Assembly: GCA_963774745.1 (NCBI GenBank) | Contig: CAVZGE010000011.1 | Span: 44,766 to 76,765 of the forward strand | Length of the DNA: 32,000 bases | Reading direction: 5' to 3' | Source: an uncultured Actinomycetes bacterium | GTDB taxonomy: Bacteria; Actinomycetota; Actinomycetes; S36-B12; CAIYMF01 | Position numbers and translations under genes: made by a program | Shown: positions 15,826 through 23,570 of the stretch, in pieces | Layout of the letters: the number at the start of each line of letters is the position of its first letter | Numbering within the stretch: the first letter of the stretch is position 1 | Notes under the pieces: generated by a model | Told to the model about the DNA's origin: nothing | Databases searched by the model: none | Seen by the model: the letters and a program-made list of their open reading frames with translations, nothing else

Positions 15826-18800
15826 CGCGCGGCGTGAGCCCCGGCTGCAGGCGCGGGCCCGGGCGGCGGCGTCGGCCCCGGTGTGGACGGCTCAGGTGAG
15901 GTGGGTCCCGGGGGCACGGGCGGCTCGACCACCCGACGGTTCAGCAGCCACTGGGTCGCCGCCTGGTGGGCGACGGCCAGGGCCGACTGCAACGGGGAGT
16001 GCAGCTCCTGCGCGCGGGCGGCCGTCCGCAGCCCGGCCACCGCACCCTGCGCGGATTCCTCGCCGGCATCCGCGGCCCGGGCGACGGCGTCCAGGGTCGT
16101 CCAGTCGTGGCGGCGCAGCGCGCCCAGCACGTCCCCGGCCGAGGACATCGACCGGGCCAACGGCTGCGGCTCGGCCGGAACCCCCATGGCCGCCAGGCCC
16201 GCCACCCGGGCGACGTCGTCACGTGCGGAGGCCAGCCCCTCGATGAGCGACATGCCCAGCCGCGCGGTCGCCAGCCGCGGGGCGTCGGCCGCCAGCCCCA
16301 ACGTCGTGGCGTGGGCCTCGAGGACCGCGACCAGGTCCCGGCACGGGCCCCGCCGCTCGGTGGCCGCGGCGCCCAGCTCGCGGGCCAACGCACCCACGTT
16401 CGCCGCGGTGCGCATCTTCCCGGCGGCGATCCCGAACAGGTCGGCGGCCCGGGCCGTGGCCAGCTCCCACTCCTGCGCGGTGGGCAGCTGCGGATCGACG
16501 AGCACCATGTCGTCGGTGATCCCGGTGAAGTCGCGCACCGGCACGTGCGCCCCGCGCAGCTGGAACTGCTTGTCCTGCAGCAGCGCGAACGCCGCGATGA
16601 CCAGGTTGCCCATGTCGCGGGTCAGCCCGTACGGCGCCAGCCACGCACGGATCGAGGTCACCGGGATCGCGTCGGCCAGCCCCTCGGCCGCCGCGGCGGG
16701 GAGGAACCGGTTGAGCCACGCGACGTTCGTCTCGTCGAACACGAAGTGGGTGTCGCCGACGAACCCCAGCCCGAGCGGGGTCGCCAGGCGGCGGACGACC
16801 GCGCGGCGGTTCTGCTCGACCGGGTCCAACCGGCCCCCGGGGCACGCGGCGGCCCTGCCGATGACCTCCCACATGGCCTTGAGGTCACCGGACTTGACCT
16901 CCACCTCGCCGGAGTCGAACTTCGGGTGCGCCGGGTACTGGATGGCCAGCATCTGGTCGATGATCCCGTCGAGCGCCCCGGACAGGGTGGCGCCCGCGGG
17001 CTTGCGCAGGGGCTCGTCGCGCCACAGCGTCGGCAGCTGGGTCACCTCCCCGTACCCGGAGCGGTCGATGTCGGTGTCCCTGGCCGCGGCGATCCCGTAG
17101 GCCTGCCGCAGGGTGCCCCGGATGGTCTCGGTCAGCGCCCGGCGCAGGTTCTCCAGGGTCTGGCGCGCGATCGCCCGCTGGTCCACGGGCAGGTGGGCGG
17201 CGTTGGAGTCGAACTGCCCGCCGGCCCCTCCGAGCAGGTGCTCGAGCTGCACGAGCCGGCCCAGGTCGGCCTGCCGGGCGGCGGTCAGGAAGTACGGCAC
17301 CCACCCGACGGTGCGGCTCTGCTGGCCGCTGATCCGCAGCTGCGCGAACCGGTTGACGTCCTCCTGCGGGCCGTGGTCGGCGTCGTCGAAGGGGTAGTCG
17401 ACCACGAGCTTCCAGCGGTCGCCCTCGGCGATCAGGGTCGCGTCCGGCATCGCGGAGGCGTCGCGGATGTTGCCGAACACCACGTCGATCGTGCGCCTCG
17501 TGCCCCGCCACACCCGGTCGACGGTCAGCCCGGCGAACGTCAGCTGGGTCGGCTCCGCCACGCCCAGCTCGGCGAACAGCAGCCGGCGCAGCAGCGTGCG
17601 CCGGGCGCCGGGGGTGTCCTCGGCCTCGACGTTGGCCAGCACCGAGTCGTAGTCCACACCGGAGAGCTCGACCGAGATGACCGGGTCCACGCCGTCGGAG
17701 ATGTGCAGCTCGCCGATCTGCTGGGCCCAGGCCCGCACCGAGCCCAGGACCTGGGTGGCCTCCTCGCCCGGGATCCACGCCTGCACGGTGCCGTGGTTGA
17801 GGGCGGCGAGCCGGCCGGCGGTCAGCCGGGACAGGGACTTCACCTCGGGCACGAGGGCGGCCACGATCAGGGTCTTGGCCAGCCGGGCGTCCTTGTGGAA
17901 CCCATGGTCCGCGGTCAGCCCGTCGGCCGTGGCGAGCCCGTGCGCGCCGAGCAGCACGGGGGTGAACCGCTGGACGTAGAGGGCGCGGGCGACGGCGAAC
18001 ATCGCCCGCATCTCCTCGCTCAACGGCTGCTCGCCGGAGCCGATCATCGCGTCGTAGAGGTCCCCGACGCCGATGACCTCCTGGATGCGCCCGGACTCCC
18101 GGCGCGAGGACAGCAGGTGCGCCATCACCTTCAGCGCGGTGCGCTCGCGCTGCAGCCGCCCGGACAGGGCGACCAGCACGTCGACCAGCGCGGGGCTGAA
18201 CGGGTACACCTTCGCGAAGGAGGCCTCGTCCGAGCCGGCGTCGTCCTGGAGCAGCACGTCCCACGAGGCGGAGGCCTTCACCGCCGCCACGGCCTGCGCG
18301 ACCACGGCCGCCGCCTCGGCGCTGACCGGGGTCAGCAGCCGCTTGTGCGCGACGTCCGGGAGGTTGGACGCCGACAGGTTGATCGTGTCGAAGCGGTCCT
18401 CCCAGTACTGGATGGTCTGGCCCACCTGGGCCCGCTGCACCCCGGCGGCCTTGTCGCCGATGAAGTCCGACAGCTCGCGCTGGCGGGCCACGAACGACAC
18501 CATCGGCACCGCCCGCTGGCCGACGCCGGACTCCACCAGCTTGGCCACCTTCGAGGCCTCGCTGGACACGAACGCCGCGTCCGAGGCGTGCGAGGCCAGC
18601 CACAGCACGAGCTCGTCGAGGAACAGCACCAGGCCCTCGTAGCCGAGGTCCTTGGTCGTGCGGGTCATCACCGCCAGGCCGTCGGCGATGTCCAGCCACT
18701 CGCCGGCCGCGGCGTACCCGGTGAACATGGTGGCCACCAGGTCCGCGGCCAGCCGGGCGCGGTCCTCGTCCGCCGGCCCCGCCGCAGCCGCCCGGTCGTA

Positions 18801-19397
18801 GGACTCGGGGGTCCACGCCGACCCGTACGCGCCCCACCCGCCGGGCGACTTGCCCGCGTTCAGGGCGGCGAAGAACGCCGGCTCGTCCACCGCGCGCCGG
18901 CCGGCGGCATCCGCGAACAGCCGGTCGGACTTGTGCAGCATGGGTGCGGTGACGTCCGGGTGGATCGCAGCGATCCGCCGCGCGAACCCGGAGAACACCG
19001 CCTCCTCCAGGGACTTCGCCCCGATCAGGTGGTACTCGGCGGTCAGCAGCTTCCGGCCCAGCACGTCGGAGTGCTTGGCGACCACCGCCTGCAGCCCGGG
19101 CACGGCACGGGCCCCGGAGTCGCCGCGCAGCATGAGGTCCAGGACCGCCATGAAGTGCGACTTGCCCGAGCCGAACGACCCGTGCAGGAACACCCCCTGC
19201 GCCGTGCCCCGGACCAGCGCGGCACCCACGTACCCGAGGGCGTCGTCGAAGGAGCGCGCCAGCGACTCGGTGGCCACGTAGTCCGCGACCGTCTGCGCGG
19301 CGTGGTCGACGCCGGTGTGCAGCTGCAGCACGAAGTCCGAGGCCGCCACCACCTCCGGGATGTCGAAGACCTCCCGCAGCAGCGAGTTCGGTTGCAT
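15786..19397 (-). CDS. pglY: BREX/Pgl P-loop ATPase PglY (BrxC-like)
   Basis: 1203 aa from ATG 19397, preceded by the SD GGGAGGGGGAG. Walker A is HGSFGSGKSH and Walker B is LVLFLDELVLW. The track ORF's upstream extension to 20093 is Arg/Gly-rich read-through over the neighbouring ATPase gene. The last ~25 residues in this frame (..GAHAARRGRRRRSPTRTR*) look out of frame; see the next feature. Confidence 0.85.
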   Translation of the reverse strand: MQPNSLLREVFDIPEVVAASDFVLQLHTGVDHAAQTVADYVATESLARSFDDALGYVGAALVRGTAQGVFLHGSFGSGKSHFMAVLDLMLRGDSGARAVPGLQAVVAKHSDVLGRKLLTAEYHLIGAKSLEEAVFSGFARRIAAIHPDVTAPMLHKSDRLFADAAGRRAVDEPAFFAALNAGKSPGGWGAYGSAWTPESYDRAAAAGPADEDRARLAADLVATMFTGYAAAGEWLDIADGLAVMTRTTKDLGYEGLVLFLDELVLWLASHASDAAFVSSEASKVAKLVESGVGQRAVPMVSFVARQRELSDFIGDKAAGVQRAQVGQTIQYWEDRFDTINLSASNLPDVAHKRLLTPVSAEAAAVVAQAVAAVKASASWDVLLQDDAGSDEASFAKVYPFSPALVDVLVALSGRLQRERTALKVMAHLLSSRRESGRIQEVIGVGDLYDAMIGSGEQPLSEEMRAMFAVARALYVQRFTPVLLGAHGLATADGLTADHGFHKDARLAKTLIVAALVPEVKSLSRLTAGRLAALNHGTVQAWIPGEEATQVLGSVRAWAQQIGELHISDGVDPVISVELSGVDYDSVLANVEAEDTPGARRTLLRRLLFAELGVAEPTQLTFAGLTVDRVWRGTRRTIDVVFGNIRDASAMPDATLIAEGDRWKLVVDYPFDDADHGPQEDVNRFAQLRISGQQSRTVGWVPYFLTAARQADLGRLVQLEHLLGGAGGQFDSNAAHLPVDQRAIARQTLENLRRALTETIRGTLRQAYGIAAARDTDIDRSGYGEVTQLPTLWRDEPLRKPAGATLSGALDGIIDQMLAIQYPAHPKFDSGEVEVKSGDLKAMWEVIGRAAACPGGRLDPVEQNRRAVVRRLATPLGLGFVGDTHFVFDETNVAWLNRFLPAAAAEGLADAIPVTSIRAWLAPYGLTRDMGNLVIAAFALLQDKQFQLRGAHVPVRDFTGITDDMVLVDPQLPTAQEWELATARAADLFGIAAGKMRTAANVGALARELGAAATERRGPCRDLVAVLEAHATTLGLAADAPRLATARLGMSLIEGLASARDDVARVAGLAAMGVPAEPQPLARSMSSAGDVLGALRRHDWTTLDAVARAADAGEESAQGAVAGLRTAARAQELHSPLQSALAVAHQAATQWLLNRRVVEPPVPPGPTSPEPSTPGPTPPPGPAPAAGAHAARRGRRRRSPTRTR
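15808..15881. repeat. 18-bp perfect direct repeat pair in the pglY Pro-rich linker
   Basis: cggcggcgtcggccccgg occurs at 15808-15825 and 15864-15881. On the minus strand it is CCGGGGCCGACGCCGCCG, encoding PGPTPP. The copies are 56 nt apart, which is not a multiple of 3, so each reads PGPTPP only in its own frame. Confidence 0.85.
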
Positions 19398-19477
19398 CAG
19401 CGCTCCCCCTCCCACGACCAGTCGAACGCGCCCATCATGACGGATCGGTCCGACACGACGTCGGCGCAGCGCGCAGC

Positions 19478-20653
19478 TCACGCCTCGGCGTCCTGCCGCC
19501 GGACGAACTCGGCCATCGCGGGCACCGTGTAGGCGACCATGCCGTGGTCCGGTGAGTAGATCAGGCCCTTGCTGATCAGGTTGGCCCGGGTCGGCCCGAG
19601 CGAGGTGATCCGCTTGTTCAGCCGCGCCGCCACCTCGCCGGTGGGGCTGCCGGCGTCGCCGTCGACGGCCATCGCGCGCAGGTACTCCCGCTCGGCGGGG
19701 GTCGCCCGGTCCCAGCGCGCCCGGAAGAACCCGCTGTCGAGGGCCAGGCGGCCCATGGCCACGCCGACCCGCGCGTCGGACAGCGTGATCAGCGGGCCGT
19801 CCGCTGCGTTCCAGGTGTCCTGCCCGAACTGCTGCAGGAAGTAGGGGTAGCCGCGCGACTCGCGCACGGCGAGCTCCACGGCCGCGTCCTGCCACGTCAC
19901 GCCCTCCCGGCGCGCCGGCTCGATGAGCGCGTCGAGCGCAGCGGCCCGGTCGAGCTCCTCGACGCGGTGGAACCGGAACAGCCGCTCGGAGTAGGACTTC
20001 GCCTCGGCCAGGCGCCGCGGCAGGCTCGGCAGGCCGGCCAGCGCGACGACCAGCCGATCCCCCCGCTGGTTGGCCGCGTGCACGATGGAGCACAGTGCGA
20101 TCAGCTCCTCGGCCGGCAGGTCCTGCGCCTCGTCGACCAGCACCGCGACCCCCACGCCCTGGTCCTCAGCCGCCCCGGCGAGGTCGCGCAGCAGCTTGCC
20201 GAGGTCGGACTCGAACGCGCCGGTGTCCGCGCCGCCGCCCGGCGCTCCCTCGAGGTCGAGGCCGAAGCTCCACCGGCCGGCGGAGTCGTAGGAGGCCTTG
20301 AAGCTCAGGGCCGTCCGCAGCGCCTTGAGCACGCGGGTGCCGACACCGGGGCGGGCGAGGTCCACCAGGTTGTCGTGGAACCCCTCGCCGATCATCGCGC
20401 GCATGGTCTGCCCGGAGCGGGCCTCCACCTGCGTCACCAGCCACGAGCGATCGCGGGCCAGGTGGGCGAACCGGGAGAGCAGCACGGTCTTGCCGACGCC
20501 GCGCAACCCGTAGAGCACGACGGACTGCGCGTCGCGGCCGGCCTCGACGCGCTGCAGTCCGATCTCCCACGCGGAGAGCGGCTCACCGCGGCCGACGAGG
20601 GCCGCAGGGGGTCGGCCGGCACCGGGTGCGTAGGGGTTGCTGACGGGATCCAT
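19478..20653 (-). CDS. AAA+ (ORC/Cdc6- or AAA_16-like) ATPase with C-terminal winged-helix domain
   Basis: 391 aa. Walker A is LYGLRGVGKTVLL and Walker B is AVLVDEAQDL. The C-terminus (EREYLRAMAV..PTGEVAARLNKRITSLGPTRANLISKGLIYSPDHGMVAYTVPAMAEFV) looks like a wHTH. It is intact and lies 80 nt upstream of pglY on the same strand. Confidence 0.75.
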   Translation of the reverse strand: MDPVSNPYAPGAGRPPAALVGRGEPLSAWEIGLQRVEAGRDAQSVVLYGLRGVGKTVLLSRFAHLARDRSWLVTQVEARSGQTMRAMIGEGFHDNLVDLARPGVGTRVLKALRTALSFKASYDSAGRWSFGLDLEGAPGGGADTGAFESDLGKLLRDLAGAAEDQGVGVAVLVDEAQDLPAEELIALCSIVHAANQRGDRLVVALAGLPSLPRRLAEAKSYSERLFRFHRVEELDRAAALDALIEPARREGVTWQDAAVELAVRESRGYPYFLQQFGQDTWNAADGPLITLSDARVGVAMGRLALDSGFFRARWDRATPAEREYLRAMAVDGDAGSPTGEVAARLNKRITSLGPTRANLISKGLIYSPDHGMVAYTVPAMAEFVRRQDAEA

Positions 20654-20660
20654 CCGCCTG

Positions 20661-20666
20661 AGTGTA
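20661..20666 (-). promoter_or_regulatory. -10 box (TACACT) placed for a leaderless transcript of the AAA+ ATPase gene
   Basis: Minus strand reads TACACT-caggcgg-ATG: a TANNNT hexamer exactly 7 nt before the start codon. Only a weak SD is present. The flanking sequence is AT-richer than its surroundings. Confidence 0.35.
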
Positions 20667-20842
20667 GGGAACTATCGGGCCGTATAGCAACACGCAATAG
20701 GGGCGCATAAGCCACTGCATCCGTGCTCGCCGGCGGGTGCGCTCGGGGTCCGGGCGGTGTCCACCGACACCCGGGTCGGGGTTGTTGGTGTCGGTCGCCC
20801 CTGATAGGATTCGAACATCAGTTCGAACGGGGGGTGGGGGTT

Positions 20843-22364
20843 GTGACGAGCACGATCGTCGACCAGCAGGTGGTGGTCGACCGGCGGGCGGTGGCCGCGG
20901 TTCCGGCCGCGTCGGAGGAGGTGGTGGCGCTCTGGGAGCGGGCCACGTCGTGCGCGGTCGGGGACCTGCCCGCGATGGGCCTGCTCGCCGGGGACCGCCC
21001 CTGCGCTGATGTGGAGGTGCTGGCTGGGGCGTTCGCCGTGGTCGAGTACGAGCTGGCCCGCCGGATGCACGCCGCCACCACCGCCGGCAGCCTGCCGTTG
21101 GTCGGCCCCGGGGCGGTCCTGGCCGCCCGCGGCTGGCACCACCCACAGGCCCGCCGGCTGGCCCGCACCGGGGCCCTCGCCGCCGGGCACCCGGCCCTGG
21201 CCGGTGCGTGGGCCGCCGGGATCATCACCTCCGAACACGTCGACGCCCTCGCCCGCAACACCGGCCCACTCACCGACCGACCAGCTGGCGGCGGTGATCA
21301 CCACCCTGGAACCCCGGTGGGGGCAGTGGTCCCCGCCGATGATCACCCGGTTCGTCCTCAGCGCCATCCGCCTGCTGCACCCACCCACCGACGACCCCAC
21401 CCGCGATGAGGCCGACGCGCACAGCACCCGGGACCTGTCCTTCGCCCTACTCGGCGACACCGTCATCCTCTCCGGCACCCTGCCCCGCCTCGAAGGCGAA
21501 GCCGTGATCGCCGCCATCGACGCCCTGGCCGAACGACTCCGCTCCACCGCCGACCACACCCCCGCCGGAGCACGACGCGCCGACGCCCTGATCGAGCTGG
21601 TCAACACCGCCGCCACCGCGGGCGCGCTTCCCACCCGCGGCGGGCTGCCCGTGGCCCTCACCGTCACCCTCGAACACACCCAGCACGGGGACCCCGTCTG
21701 GACCACCAGCCGCGGCCACCTGCTCACCCCCGCCGAACAACGCTTCACCGCCTGCGACCCCACCATCACCCCCATCGCGATCACCACCCCCGGACGGCGA
21801 CCCGACCACGAACCGGCCGACCTCGCCGCACGCTGCCCGGACACCCCCGAGGACCTCTACGGCCCCGAGAACACCGGGCCCACGGCCGGCGGAACGCCCA
21901 CGGCCGGCGCGGGATCCACCATCGGCGCGGGATCCACGCCCACGACAGAGCCCACCGCCGCGGACCGGATCGCGGCCCTGGCCGCGCTGCTGTTCGACGG
22001 GCCGCGGATCCCGCTGGCCGTCGGACGCACCTCCCGGACCGCCACCCCCGCCCAGCGCAAGGCCCTGGCGGCCCGCGATGGCGGATGCATCATTCCCGGA
22101 TGCATGATCCCGGCCGAGAACTGCCAGTCCCACCACGTGCAGGACTGGGCCGCAGACGGCCCGTCGGACATCGACAACCTGGCCTTGTTGTGCTGGACGC
22201 ACCACCGCCAGGTCGATCTCGACATGTGGAGGATCGAGCCCGCCCAACCCGGGGTGGCCGTCGCGGAACCACCCCCCGGGGCACCCCCAGGAACACCCTG
22301 GCCCGGCAACAACGGATCGCCCTGGACCATCCGCACCCAACACCGCACCCGCTGGCGACTGTGA
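20843..22364 (+). pseudogene. DUF222 / HNH endonuclease (REP13E12-type) gene, frameshifted
   Basis: GTG 20843 follows GGGGGTGGGGG. The N-terminal DUF222-like part (..YELARRMHAATTAGSLPLVGPGAVLAARGW..ITSEHVDALARNTGPLTD) is in the frame of ORF 20723..21409. The remainder (QLAAVITTLEPRWGQW ... GGCIIPGCMIPAENCQSHHVQDWAADGPSDIDNLALLCWTHHRQVD, an HNH motif) is in the frame of ORF 21009..22364. The switch coincides with the tandem GACCGACC at 21275-21282, and deleting one GACC restores ..LTDQLAAV... Confidence 0.75.
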
Positions 22365-22380
22365 GCGTCACAGTCCCGTA

Positions 22381-22447
22381 GCTGCCAGTCCCCTCCCGTT
22401 GCGGCGGCGTCCCCGCACGGGCGCCGACGGCCGCCCGGGTGCACGTC
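22381..22447. repeat. degenerate copy of the pglX 3' end (distal flank of the nuclease cassette)
   Basis: gctgccagt ... ccccgcacgggcgccgacggccgcccgggtgcacgtc matches 23491-23570 (gctgccagt ... ccccgcacgggcgctggcggccgccaccgggtgacgtc). The core is about 34 of 40 aligned positions, plus a shared upstream 9-mer. Confidence 0.55.
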
Positions 22448-22452
22448 AGGGC

Positions 22453-23455
22453 CTACAGCCCGCTGGTGCCGCTGCCGCTTCCGGCTGCCTGGACGAGCCT
22501 CTCGGTGGCGGCGTAGCGCTGCCCCATGGTGAACGCGACGCGCTTGCCGGACTTGCCCGTCAGGTCGTTGGGGATCGCGGCCGGCAGGCAGAGGGTCTCC
22601 GACTCATCGGGCAACGAGAGCAGGAACACCTTGTTGGTCTGGCCGTGCCGTTCCGGCCGTGACACCAGGATCCCCCTCAGCCGTTCCGCCAGGGACCGAC
22701 CCACCGGGCCTCCGTCGGCTTCGAGGGCGTCGATCCCCTGCTCGGTCATCTCGACGTCGTCGACGACGTGCTGGATCCGGGGCACCTGCGTCTTGATCTC
22801 CTGCTCGGCGTAGAAGGCCAGGTGCGTCAGGCCCTCCTTGAAGGGACGGCCCGCCTGGCAGAGGTAGACCCCGTGCTCCAGGTACTGCGGGTAGGCACTA
22901 TCTCGCGGCCACCACGACGACGTCGTCCGAGCTGAGCAGGCCCTCGTCCTCGAACATGGCGATGAGCTCCCGGATCAGCAGGGAAACCACCTCCGAGGGC
23001 CGGTTCGCGTCCTCGAGGAGCTCCCCGAACGCTGAGGCCAGCGACGCGAACGAGATCCATCGGACCCGCCCGTCGGCCAGCTCGCTGAGGTACCGGGGCT
23101 CGTCCACGTCGGGCGTCAGGACGATCAGCCAGTCGTTCTCCCGCTCCGTACGCAGGTTCGTCAGGTGCTCGACGAGTTGCCCGCGGGCGTGGCTGTGCTC
23201 GTAGGCGTGGCGGACGGTCTTGGTCTCCAGCCACAGCGAGAAGTCGGCCCGGATGCACCCATCGGGCACGGACCGACCCCGGCCCGGGGGCTGCAGCTCG
23301 AACCGGACCAGCTCGAGCAGCGCACTCTCGCCGCCGGCTGCGTTCAGGACGCGTTCGACCGACTCCAGGTCAAGTCGTTCCAGGACGGCCATGAGGCTGC
23401 CGGTGACCCTGTTCTCGCCCTGGCGGTAGCCGGAGAAGAGGTTCGTTCGGGGCAT
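22453..23455 (-). pseudogene. PD-(D/E)XK nuclease-like protein with uncharacterised C-terminal domain, one frameshift (or two ORFs)
   Basis: ORF 22898..23455 (185 aa) contains VPDGCIRADFSLWLETK, a D...E-x-K restriction-endonuclease-fold motif. It ends ..DDVVVVAAR at a TAG. A second frame continues directly with ..SAYPQYLEHGVYLCQAGRPFKEGLTHLAFYAEQEIKTQVPRIQHV.., of which the track ORF 22453..22785 is the tail. It has no start codon before GTG 22785, so a 1-nt indel near 22895-22903 is the likeliest explanation. The repaired protein would be ~333 aa. Confidence 0.6.
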
Positions 23456-23462
23456 GTTCCGC

Positions 23463-23468
23463 AGCCTA
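23463..23468 (-). promoter_or_regulatory. -10 box (TAGGCT) placed for a leaderless transcript of the nuclease-like gene
   Basis: Minus strand reads TAGGCT-gcggaac-ATG: TANNNT exactly 7 nt before the start, with no SD. It lies inside the 52-nt gap after the pglX stop. Confidence 0.35.
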
Positions 23469-23490
23469 CGACGGCCGGAACCGGCACGCC

Positions 23491-23570
23491 GCTGCCAGTG
23501 GGCCCGGCTACTGGTTGCGACCCGCCCGCCTCCCCCGCACGGGCGCTGGCGGCCGCCACCGGGTGACGTC
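23491..23570. repeat. pglX 3'-end segment duplicated at 22381-22447
   Basis: Covers the last ~21 codons and stop (TAG 23508-23510) of pglX plus 17 nt downstream. It is the partner of the 22381-22447 repeat, and the two bracket the nuclease-like gene. Confidence 0.55.

Noticed and set aside
15966-19532. 1188-aa + strand ORF and 650-aa minus-strand ORF (16885..18837) overlapping pglY
   Set aside because: Both are very long only because stop codons are rare in high-GC DNA. Both are Arg/Gly/Pro/His-rich with no domain signatures. The pglY frame has Walker motifs and normal composition.
9337-20093. Long N-terminal extensions of track ORFs 9337..12366, 11430..13991 and 15786..20093
   Set aside because: The extensions are Arg/Gly/Ala-rich read-through across the upstream gene. 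Each real start (GTG 11433, ATG 12752, ATG 19397) coincides with the onset of protein-like sequence and with a stop/start overlap or an SD.
20794-20870. A complete tRNA gene on the minus strand upstream of the HNH gene
   Set aside because: Only the T-loop, 3' T-stem and 3' acceptor-like part is present. The 5' T-stem does not pair (TGATG versus the required ATAGG), and no GCCCCTG 5' acceptor occurs upstream. It is kept only as a possible att-like remnant.
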